DNA from: a virus
Length of the DNA stretch: 64,000 bases
IMG/VR virus record: IMGVR_UViG_3300037245_000806
Span: 79,034 to 143,033 of that record
Reading direction: 5' to 3' (one strand)
The position numbers and the translations under genes are program-made. The notes under the pieces are model-generated. The model saw only the letters and a list, made by a program, of their open reading frames with translations. It made no database searches and was not told where the DNA came from. Shown here one piece after another: positions 9,661 to 18,500 of this stretch. The number at the start of each line of letters is the position of its first letter. Position 1 is the first letter of the stretch.

Positions 9661-11232
9661 CTAGACCTCGTAAATAAGGTCGATCACATCCGTGGGATCA
9701 AGCTGGAAGCCCGCCGCCCCGCCGCCCCAATAGAGCTTACTGGCACCACCCGCGATGGAACCTATTGTAGTCACCGTGCCGCCGCCGTCATCTGAAAAAA
9801 AGCAGAATGATGTGAGTTTCTCAGCAGTGTCTCGTGCGGGCTTGTACTCCACCCCGTTCACACGCACGATCACGTCATGCTCGGGCGTCCGCGTGATGGC
9901 TGCTGTTGCAGCAAGCTGGTACACACCCGTCGTCGTGAGCGCAGGGATGTCGTAGTCACCGTTGAGCGCGGGGGCCGGTACCGAGTTCCACCGCTGTCCG
10001 TCATGGCGGCGTATGTCACCAACATTGGCAGTCGGTGCCTCCTTGAAGGTCACCGCATTCGTTCCGGCAATGACAAGCTCGACAGGGACAGGGCCGGGAT
10101 AGATCGCTGAGTAGCAGTCCTTCCAGAAAGAGAAGGAACTCAGCGTACCGTCCACGATGATGTCCGCTGTTCCCCTGCGCCAGAATCCCACGCCACTCAA
10201 TACCAGCAGGTTGTTCACAGTTCCGACGAGCACTTCGATCTCGCCGTTTATCACGCCCTTCCCAAGCCCCGGCGTACCCCTGCCTGCGTACATGAAGAAT
10301 GCATTGCCAGACAAGCGGAACACTGTCCCTTGGAACGAACCTGCATACGCCGTGCAGTCGATGCCTGCGAAGCGGCCACCCGTAGTAATGTCCATCACAA
10401 TGTAACCGACCTCGCTGGTGAGCGTACATCTCTCAGGTGCTATCGTGACACCACCCGAAGCCAGCGGTGCATATGTGATCGTGTCCGAGTCCGGCGAGCC
10501 CTTCACGTTGCAATCGAAGAGATAGATGCGCTTGCTGTAGTCGCCCCCTGCAACGTGGATCGCTGGACCCGTTGTTGGCAGAACAGCAATCCCGCGCAGC
10601 GTGATGTCGTTGGCTATCCCCGACAGGTTGACCGTATACGTCAGCGTTCCGAGGATGCTAACTCGCTGCCCGGTCGGGTAAACATCCACCACGCCCGTGA
10701 ACACGTCCACAGCTTCGAGGTTGATCCACGGGCTCGGAATCGAAACGCTCTCAGCGTAATCCCCGTTCAGGATGCCGACGCGCGCTTGGATGTCCCTTGT
10801 CCAGCCCGCATCCGTGGCGGCTTGATCCACGGCGGATTGAATCGTCTGGAAGGGTGCCTTACCTACCGGCCCCACGAGGTAGTCGTAATCGAATAGCGGC
10901 GTGCGGTTGCGCCACACCGCTGCGCCGATTGAGTTGTCGAGGCACTGGAACACATTCTCAGTGGTAGTGTTCAGCCAGCCACCGCCCGCATTGAAGCCCG
11001 CGTTGGCATCATCGTTGACAGTCGGGTCGATGGCAGACACGTACACACCCGCGCCGCCTGACTCGGTCCATACTGCCGCGCCAATCGCAGCGTTCGTACA
11101 CATGAAGGCTTCGTCAGTTGCCGTGTTGATCCAGAACGTGAAATACCCGAAGCCCAAGCTGCTGTCATCCGTGGGCAGCGGGTCGCGGGTATCAGTCCAC
11201 AGCTTGATGCGTTGAACCGGACGCTCGATCAT
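9661..11232 (-). CDS. Fibre/spike-like structural protein
   Basis: Two N-terminal DPxxxDD...W.NT.T...F.C....GAAVW repeats, then FQTIQSAVDQA beta-helix start, then a C-terminal CFFSDDGG...AGFQLD module. Confidence 0.7.
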   Translation of the reverse strand: MIERPVQRIKLWTDTRDPLPTDDSSLGFGYFTFWINTATDEAFMCTNAAIGAAVWTESGGAGVYVSAIDPTVNDDANAGFNAGGGWLNTTTENVFQCLDNSIGAAVWRNRTPLFDYDYLVGPVGKAPFQTIQSAVDQAATDAGWTRDIQARVGILNGDYAESVSIPSPWINLEAVDVFTGVVDVYPTGQRVSILGTLTYTVNLSGIANDITLRGIAVLPTTGPAIHVAGGDYSKRIYLFDCNVKGSPDSDTITYAPLASGGVTIAPERCTLTSEVGYIVMDITTGGRFAGIDCTAYAGSFQGTVFRLSGNAFFMYAGRGTPGLGKGVINGEIEVLVGTVNNLLVLSGVGFWRRGTADIIVDGTLSSFSFWKDCYSAIYPGPVPVELVIAGTNAVTFKEAPTANVGDIRRHDGQRWNSVPAPALNGDYDIPALTTTGVYQLAATAAITRTPEHDVIVRVNGVEYKPARDTAEKLTSFCFFSDDGGGTVTTIGSIAGGASKLYWGGGAAGFQLDPTDVIDLIYEV

Positions 11233-11263
11233 AGGTCAGTCCCCACGTAGTCGTGACACAGTG

Positions 11264-14194
11264 TTACGCTCTGGCCGGTCCGATCTTCGACATGCCATCG
11301 TACCAGATGAGTCCCTTCTTGCCGAGCGCTTTTGCGGCACTCATGAGTTTCTTGAAGTGAATACCGGTGAACTCAGGGCGCTTGGCGATTGCGGATAGCT
11401 TGTAGTCGCCCCCCTCGGCAGTCTTCTCCATGAACGCGAGCAACGCCGCCTGCGCCTTGCCCTTCGCGGCTGCCTCCTGAATGCCCTCCGCGACCTTCTC
11501 GGCACTCACAGAGTCCGTGCCATACATGGAGTCGTCAGCGGGCGTGAGGTACCGCTGAACCTGTCGCTTCGTGAAGCGGTCCGTGTTGCCGGTCAGCGTG
11601 GTGAGCGCCACGATGTCTGGCAGGATGTACTGGACGAACACGCGGCCTGCACCGATCCGCACGCCAGTGCCGCCCTTCATCTCCTTGTTCAGGATCGCAT
11701 TGCCCTTGTAGTTGTCGTTGTCATCGATCACGAGCCCGAGCTTCGTGACAAGCTTGTCATTGGACCCGGCGACACCCTCGGCAATGCCCTTCTTCCAGAG
11801 GTCGCAGATATCATCCTGCTCGATCTTCCCGCGCACCAGCTGGCAGGCATCGGGGAGGACCACAGACGAGCAAGTTCCGCAGCGCTTGTCGCCGTCCTTG
11901 TCAGTCTGCGAATGGCGGTAGTTCACTTCCTCCTTGGGCTTCCGGTCCACCGCTTTGTTGCGGGTGGGGGCGGCTGCCTCATCGACGGGCTCCAAGACTT
12001 TCTCACCCACGTCCTTCGAGGTCATTGAAACGCGCCAACCCTTGCCATTCTTCTTTCGCCACTTACGCATCAACCTCGCAGAGCCGCGCTTGACCACAAT
12101 ACCCGCAGGGTCCACAAGCACATAGCCCACCATGGCTTCCTGTAGTTTGATGATATTGGCAATGCCTTTCCCCGCCGGAAGCGAGCGCTGTGACGCCGGG
12201 GTGACACCAAGCTCCTTCTTCAGCGCAGCCCGGAACGATGGACTCTTCATGGCGTCAGCAAAGGACACGCTGGCGAAGCCACCACTGAGCCTGACCTTCC
12301 CGCCGTACTTCTTGGCGAGCGCGCGAAGTGACTTCGTGAACGCACTGTCGGTCGCCTCATCGAGCTTGACGCGTGTGGTATTGAAGCCCGCGCCCTTGAC
12401 TGCTCGAATGATGCGACTCACTGAGGCCACTGCTTCTGCTGCCGTCGCAGGCTTACGCCGTAGTGTTGCCATGAGTTTCTTCGCCCCCGTACCAATTGCC
12501 TTGAGCACCTTCACGAGCGTTGCGTCCGGTCGCTTGTCATCCACCGCGCGAATCGCATACGCCTTGATCTTATGCTTCCCCTTCGGACCGAAGTCAACAA
12601 GATACTCAGGATCAACGGTAGTGTCCTTCGCGACCAGTGACACAATGTTGCCCCGGAGGCTCGCAACCTTGACCTTCTGGCCGGGCTTGAAGAAGCTCTC
12701 CTCGTCGATGGATTCGCGCAGTGCTCTATGGGGCTCATCCGCGAGGCGATACTTCTGACCCTTGAGCGTGAACCAATGCTTCTTGCCGTGCGACACCATC
12801 ACGCCCTTGAGTTGCTCATCCGACACAGCTTCAGCAACCCCCAGCTGAACGTAAACGCGGTAGACGTGCGAGCGGAAGCTGCTGTCCTCCTCGATGTCGT
12901 CCAACGCGAGGTAAATGCGCTTGGCTGCCTGCGTGTTCAGGGCGATACGGTAGTTGGCTCCCGCCTTCTTCGCCTCGCCTATCGCTTTGACGCCAGCCCG
13001 ATCCAAGGCATCCTGCGGGTCGTCCACTTCGACGATCTTGTAACGCAACTCCTCGAACAGCTTCTTCGATACGACAATGTGCCGGGGCAGCTTGTACACT
13101 TCATCGATGGACTCGCGCGCGGACTTGAGTTCCTTGTACTCACTCCACCAACCGTCCAACGTCATGGCGTCCACTTGCGAGGTCATGACGCTCGCCGTGT
13201 ACCATCCCGACGCACCCCCGCCAATGAAGTAGTAGTAACCCTTACCCTTTACCAGCTTCTCCTTGACGCCCTTCGCCTTGAGCATCTTGTTGACCGTGCC
13301 GAGGGTCACCTTGCCCTCATCGATGGATTCATTCTTCCTCTTGAGCCGCACCTCGTCAGCCTTCACGGTGATCTCATTCGGGGTCTGCGTCTTCGTGCCG
13401 GGTGCGACACGTGCGTAGTCCTTTGGATCGATCAGGACCACGAGTGTCGCTGGACCCTTCGGATAGAAGACATTGACATCGCGCTTGATGATCTTGCCGG
13501 GGACCGGAGGCTTGACTGCGATGGGCTTGTACCCGCGCTTCCATCCGAACCTGCGGACGACCACGATCTCATCGCCCACCTTGTACGTTGGGCCTTTGTA
13601 AATGCTCGGTATGAAGATGCGCTTCTCATCGATGGCAGCCGCCTCGAACACTTTCTTCGGACCGCAGTAGTCACATACACCACATTGCGCGGTGCCACGC
13701 CACTGAGTATCCGGGTCGTCCTTGGGGCCGAACCTGATGTGCTCCGTCGAACCGCACTCGGGGCAGAGCACCTCACTGATATCTTCAGTGGCAAGCAAGG
13801 TACCGCTAAGCGGAACCGTGAAGAATCCCTGCTTGCCAGAGCCGCTCGTCCCCGAAGGCCCGTGGCCGCTGTAGTGCATATGCACCTGAGCACCAGAGCG
13901 AGCGTACTTCGGGAAATACTTGGCGATGATCTTCTGCGTCTTCTCAGGGCTGTGATACAGGCGCGCGACCGTGAAGTCCTTCGCGTCCTGTGACTTCCCC
14001 TTGGTGGCGTCATCGAACTTCAGGTACCGGGCCTTCATGAACGTGTCGGAGTATGCGATGCGCCGTAGTTTGCTGGCCATCTCAGTGGTGACGAGCACCT
14101 CGTACACGCGCAGCTGCTTGCCGACCACCTCGATGGCAAGGTCGCCCCGATAGACTTGGCCCGCACGCTTCTCAGCTTCTAGGATGGCTGGCAT
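11264..14194 (-). CDS. Modular polyprotein B (~976 aa), putative internal head protein precursor
   Basis: Start reassigned to ATG 14194 (MPAILEA, RBS GAAGGGG). Lys-rich modules are separated by ESIDEG, ESIDEV, ESIDEE, AAIDEK, KLDEA, EPVDEA, IQEA etc. Includes Zn-ribbon, SH3-like, HiPIP-like and wHTH modules. Confidence 0.75.
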   Translation of the reverse strand: MPAILEAEKRAGQVYRGDLAIEVVGKQLRVYEVLVTTEMASKLRRIAYSDTFMKARYLKFDDATKGKSQDAKDFTVARLYHSPEKTQKIIAKYFPKYARSGAQVHMHYSGHGPSGTSGSGKQGFFTVPLSGTLLATEDISEVLCPECGSTEHIRFGPKDDPDTQWRGTAQCGVCDYCGPKKVFEAAAIDEKRIFIPSIYKGPTYKVGDEIVVVRRFGWKRGYKPIAVKPPVPGKIIKRDVNVFYPKGPATLVVLIDPKDYARVAPGTKTQTPNEITVKADEVRLKRKNESIDEGKVTLGTVNKMLKAKGVKEKLVKGKGYYYFIGGGASGWYTASVMTSQVDAMTLDGWWSEYKELKSARESIDEVYKLPRHIVVSKKLFEELRYKIVEVDDPQDALDRAGVKAIGEAKKAGANYRIALNTQAAKRIYLALDDIEEDSSFRSHVYRVYVQLGVAEAVSDEQLKGVMVSHGKKHWFTLKGQKYRLADEPHRALRESIDEESFFKPGQKVKVASLRGNIVSLVAKDTTVDPEYLVDFGPKGKHKIKAYAIRAVDDKRPDATLVKVLKAIGTGAKKLMATLRRKPATAAEAVASVSRIIRAVKGAGFNTTRVKLDEATDSAFTKSLRALAKKYGGKVRLSGGFASVSFADAMKSPSFRAALKKELGVTPASQRSLPAGKGIANIIKLQEAMVGYVLVDPAGIVVKRGSARLMRKWRKKNGKGWRVSMTSKDVGEKVLEPVDEAAAPTRNKAVDRKPKEEVNYRHSQTDKDGDKRCGTCSSVVLPDACQLVRGKIEQDDICDLWKKGIAEGVAGSNDKLVTKLGLVIDDNDNYKGNAILNKEMKGGTGVRIGAGRVFVQYILPDIVALTTLTGNTDRFTKRQVQRYLTPADDSMYGTDSVSAEKVAEGIQEAAAKGKAQAALLAFMEKTAEGGDYKLSAIAKRPEFTGIHFKKLMSAAKALGKKGLIWYDGMSKIGPARA

Positions 14195-14204
14195 GACTGC
14201 CCCT

Positions 14205-14345
14205 TCAGATGAGGTCTTCGATGGAATCGAGCACGCGCTCTGTATCCGGCGACAGCATGATCTCCATGACGACCAATGGTAGTGCAATGACGAGCACAAC
14301 GAAAGCGCGAAGACTGAAGTTCAGCCGTGGCAGATCAGGATACAT
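14205..14345 (-). CDS. 46-aa single-TM protein
   Basis: Read by hand: MYPDLPRLNFSLRAFVVLVIALPLVVMEIMLSPDTERVLDSIEDLI; the ATG overlaps the TAA of the upstream gene and the ORF fills the gap. Confidence 0.5.
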   Translation of the reverse strand: MYPDLPRLNFSLRAFVVLVIALPLVVMEIMLSPDTERVLDSIEDLI

Positions 14346-14653
14346 TAGAGCGCCCCCTTTGGCGTCGGTCCACACCACTTGATCTCACCCTTGGTCAGGA
14401 AGAAATGGCTCTTGCATTCGCAGGTTCGCTGTAGTGATGGTGTCAATGTCACGCGCTTGTCCTCGGCGACGGTCAAGTCCCAGCGTGGACCCTTGCCGGG
14501 CAGCACTGGAATGTTCACAGCGCGCCCGCACCCGCAGGGGCACACAAACGCAACACACCAAATGCAATCGTCCTCGCCACAGACATAGACGACGCCCGGC
14601 TTCATGTCTTGGAGATCAGGCCGATAGTGTGTACGCTCAGCGAGCCAGATCAT
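14345..14653 (-). CDS. DUF6527-family protein
   Basis: FVCPCGCG...RWDL...VTLTPSL...CKSHFFLTKGEIKWC signature. Confidence 0.8.
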   Translation of the reverse strand: MIWLAERTHYRPDLQDMKPGVVYVCGEDDCIWCVAFVCPCGCGRAVNIPVLPGKGPRWDLTVAEDKRVTLTPSLQRTCECKSHFFLTKGEIKWCGPTPKGAL

Positions 14654-14952
14654 GCGCCCTCCCGTGGAAGCTCACCGTGCTGGACCTTCTTCTCGAACAG
14701 CGCCGGGTTGCGGAAGAAGAGGCGCTTGGCCTCCTCGATCTTGTTGGGGTCCGTAGTGTTCCAGAGGAGGTGGGCCTTCGCTTGGTACACCTCGACCTCG
14801 ACGTGTCGCCGACCCTTACCATCTTCGTCGGCGTCCCACTCGGTGATGTACAGGAAGTAATGGCCATCCTGCCACTCCTGCACACTGCCCTTGCGCCTCG
14901 GGGTGAACGGCATGGACTCGGGGATCGTAGTCTCCACGTTGGCCTCCTGCAT
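14650..14952 (-). CDS. Hypothetical protein
   Basis: 100-aa ORF with ATGA coupling to the downstream gene; codon usage like its neighbours. Confidence 0.6.
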   Translation of the reverse strand: MQEANVETTIPESMPFTPRRKGSVQEWQDGHYFLYITEWDADEDGKGRRHVEVEVYQAKAHLLWNTTDPNKIEEAKRLFFRNPALFEKKVQHGELPREGA

Positions 14953-15051
14953 GCAGCGGCTTCAGGCACCCCCTATGGTCCCAGCGTACCGCGATTCTGA
15001 AGGCGCAGAAGCCGGGGAGGGAAGGAGGTGCCGGGAGCGGCTGAAAGCTCC

Positions 15052-15522
15052 CTAACCCACTCGGGCAGCAGGGGTCACCCTTCGTGCTCTCGCGGCCATG
15101 GTATTATCGTTGTCGTCGCTGCGGGCTCCGTATCTAGAGCGCGTCAGGACAAGGCCCGTGTCCACAGGAAGGTCGCCGATGATCGTGCTCTCCGCTTGGT
15201 AGTCTTTAGGCGGATGTTTCAGCACTGTCCGTGACTCGTTGTCAGCATGGATGTCGGTGCCGTGTTGAGACTCACTGTTGGGCTCGGCATCTGGCGCACT
15301 GACCTGCGGAAGTTTCAGCGAGTAAACCCCGGTCGCTTGGACCTCGGCGTCGTAGTGCGCGGGTACCATGTTGTCCGTCACGTCCATCGTGCAGCCCGCG
15401 TGGAACGGGGCGTCGGCAAGAAGCACCGTGCCCTGCTCAACCACAGGAGCTGTGTTCGACGTGCCCGCAACGAACAGTGCGAGCATTACTGCGATGAGAA
15501 TCCCTGCCATGCACATGCGCAT
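15052..15522 (-). CDS. Hypothetical secreted/membrane-anchored protein
   Basis: N-terminal signal-peptide-like MRMCMAGILIAVMLALFVAG; strong RBS AGGAGGAG. Confidence 0.6.
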   Translation of the reverse strand: MRMCMAGILIAVMLALFVAGTSNTAPVVEQGTVLLADAPFHAGCTMDVTDNMVPAHYDAEVQATGVYSLKLPQVSAPDAEPNSESQHGTDIHADNESRTVLKHPPKDYQAESTIIGDLPVDTGLVLTRSRYGARSDDNDNTMAARARRVTPAARVG

Positions 15523-15551
15523 TCGACTCCTCCTTTCAAGAGGTAAACCAC

Positions 15552-18500
15552 TTACTCGTCAAGTGCCGGGTCGGCTGCCTCGATCTCCTCTTCCGTCGCA
15601 GGTCTGACCTCTCCCGTTGGTGACACAACGTCACTGCCGCACTCGACGCACTTCGCGACGGTAGTCAGATTGAGGAATGCAATCGATGCACTTGAGCAAT
15701 GCTCGCACCGAACCTCAGCCATGATGGGGCCGACGTCCGCGCACTCCTCTTTGCCTAGCCCGAGCATGTTCTTGAACACTGCGGTGACAAGCTTGTAGTA
15801 ACGCGAGCCATCACCACCCTCATCCTTGGACTTCTTGATATCCGGGTACTGCTTGTTGACCGCAGCCTGCGCCTTGCCCCACAGCTTGATCGCTTCATTC
15901 GCTGTCTTGCCCGCCTTGCGTGCGAGCGCCTTCATGTGCGTGGGCTCTTTCACCTTGCCCGCGCCGGGATAGGTCGTGGAAAGCTGGGCTTCGGTCACGC
16001 CCTCGACGGCTTCACCCAACGCCTTGAGCACCTTCGTGAGATGCCACAGGCCGATCTTGATATTGGACGCGGAGACGAACGTGTCACGTAGTGTTTTCCC
16101 GTCACCCTTGGCCGCAGCATCGAACTTATTCACGAGCGCGACAGGGAGCGACCTCGTGAACGTGAACACGAGACGACCCTTACTGTCCACGACCCACTTG
16201 TCCCACGCGACGTTGTTCTTCTTGAGCCACCCGATCATCTTGTTGATGACCTTCTTGGCAGCCGGGTGCTTGTCCAAGTCGTCCTGCGTGTAGCCCTTGT
16301 CAGCTTCGTCCACATCTTCCTTGACCGTGAAGCCCTTGCCCTTCTTGAGGCCGTGCTTGGCGAGCGCTGGCAGCAGGTACTTCATGTGCTTCTGCTGGAC
16401 GATCACGTAGTGGGTTCCGTCCGTGTCCTTCCGCATCCCGCTCGCTGTCTGCGAACTGATGACCGCAGCGATGTCGTCGGCCTTCTGCTTCGAGAGCTTG
16501 CCGAACTCCAAGGTCACCGCAGCCTCATCGAGGTCTTCCGTCTTGATATCCTTCGCACGATCCGCCAGCCCCTTGGCACCCTTGAGCGTAGGGTGAGAGC
16601 CGATGTCCTTGATGACCTTCTTGCCCTTCAGGATGACAACCCCGAACTGGTCCTGATGCGGCACCGGCTTGGGGTATCGCAGGAACACAACGCCGCCGCC
16701 TGTCTTCGCCCGGTACACGATCTTCTTGCCGGGGGCGTAGTCCTCTTCGAGGTCTTCGGACTCGGCAACCTTCTTGATCACCGTGGCAGCCTTACGTGCG
16801 TTGTCGAACTTCTGGCCCTTCGCTTCGAGTTCGCCCTGCTTGCCACCCACCCACGCCTTGCCCGTCCACACCTCGCGCGGATTGGCAATCGACCCCGACT
16901 TCCGGCGCACGAGAATAACTTCAGCGTACCCGGTCGCGGAAAGCTTGAGCGTCATGTACTCGTAGTCGCCCTTGGTGAACGAGACTTCGTCGAGGCCCGC
17001 CGCCTCAAGCTCGTCGCCCCCATCGAAGTCCTCGTCGGTCTTCTTCTTGCTGATCTTATCAATGGTGACGATCTTGCCGCCGGGGAACTCAGTGAGCATT
17101 ATCCGCGCGAGCTTCATGCTCTTCATGTAGAGGGGTTTGCCCGAACCCTTTTGAACGACGGCGTGCGTGTACCCGCGTGCCTGCAAGATGGCGGCGAGGC
17201 GCTTCTCTTGCACGTCCACAACTTCGTCGAGGTCCACGTCTTCCTTGACCACCTTGACGTCTGCCTTCAGGAACTTGCGCCCGTCTGCCACGACGACAAT
17301 GTACTTGCCCTCGTCACGTAGTTTCGTCGGGTCCGCAACGCCCTCGCCCTTCTTCCAGACGCCGCCCTTCGATCCGTCCTTGTTGACCGGGACGGTGCCC
17401 CTCGGGTTAGAGATCGAGAAGGTGCCCTTGAAGGTCTTCGCCTCATCGAGGTCTTCCTTGAGCGCCGGGTCATTCAGGTTCACGACAATCGTGTTGCCAC
17501 GGAACTGAATCGACTTCTTGTTGGTCTCCGGGTACTCGATGCTGAACGTGCGCATGAAACTGTCCCGGCGGTCCTCGCTTGGTAGTGTGATGACTGCGGT
17601 CTTACCGGAGACCTTCAGCTTGCCCTTGTCGTCCTTCGCCATGATCTTCAGGGAGGCGAGCGCAGCCTCATCGACAGACTCGTGGGCTTTCTTCTTGCGC
17701 CACTTCCAGCCCTTGTTCGCCACCTCGTTGGACTTGTTGAGCTTGGCAGCCTCCTTGGGAGTCATGGACTTGAAGACCTTCTTGACGCCGGTCTTCCTGA
17801 CCGGGTTGTTCTGCGAGTCAACGAGTACGTAGTCTGCTTCGTCGATGCCTTCCCTCGGACCCGTCTTCTTGGCCTTCGCAATCGGGACAAGGACTTCCTC
17901 GTCGCCCTTCTTGGGGCGGGGGTTCGTCACCCTGACCTTGAGCGTGTTGTTGACATCGCTTATCACCGCACCCTGCATCAGCTTTCCATTGGGCGCAGTC
18001 CACGTGATGCGCTGGCCCTTCTTGAACACCTCGTCAAGGCCCTCGGTGGGATTCTTGTTGTAGTCGGCCCCGAAGACATACCCGTACTTCTTGAGCGCCT
18101 TGAGCATCTCCTTGTCCTTGAGGGCTTTCTTGTCACCGCGTCCAGCGGGCGTCATGGACAATACCGACAGGCCCATCAACCGCGCGGTCACGACGGCAAC
18201 CTGCTCGTCGCCCTTAAACACGGGGCGCACGATCACCGAAAACCGATTCGGATACTTCCCTGCCTTATCCGTGTGGAAGCCGCCGAGCCCGTAGACGTCC
18301 CCGAGCGTCATCACGATGTGTCGGCCAACCTTGCGCGTAAGCTTCCCGTCACTGCCGGGGGTTGGCCCCTTCTCATCGAGGTCGTCATCGGACTCGTTCT
18401 TCTTCTTGTCGGCCACCCCGCGAGCGTAGCCTTTCTTGTATGCCTTGATCCGGGCGCGTGACCAATTCTTCTTGTCGAACTCCTTCTTCTCCTGCTCGCC

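Noticed and set aside
14195-14299. N-terminal 35 aa of the 1011-aa track ORF
   Set aside because: It overlaps a small membrane ORF and has no RBS; ATG 14194 has a good RBS.
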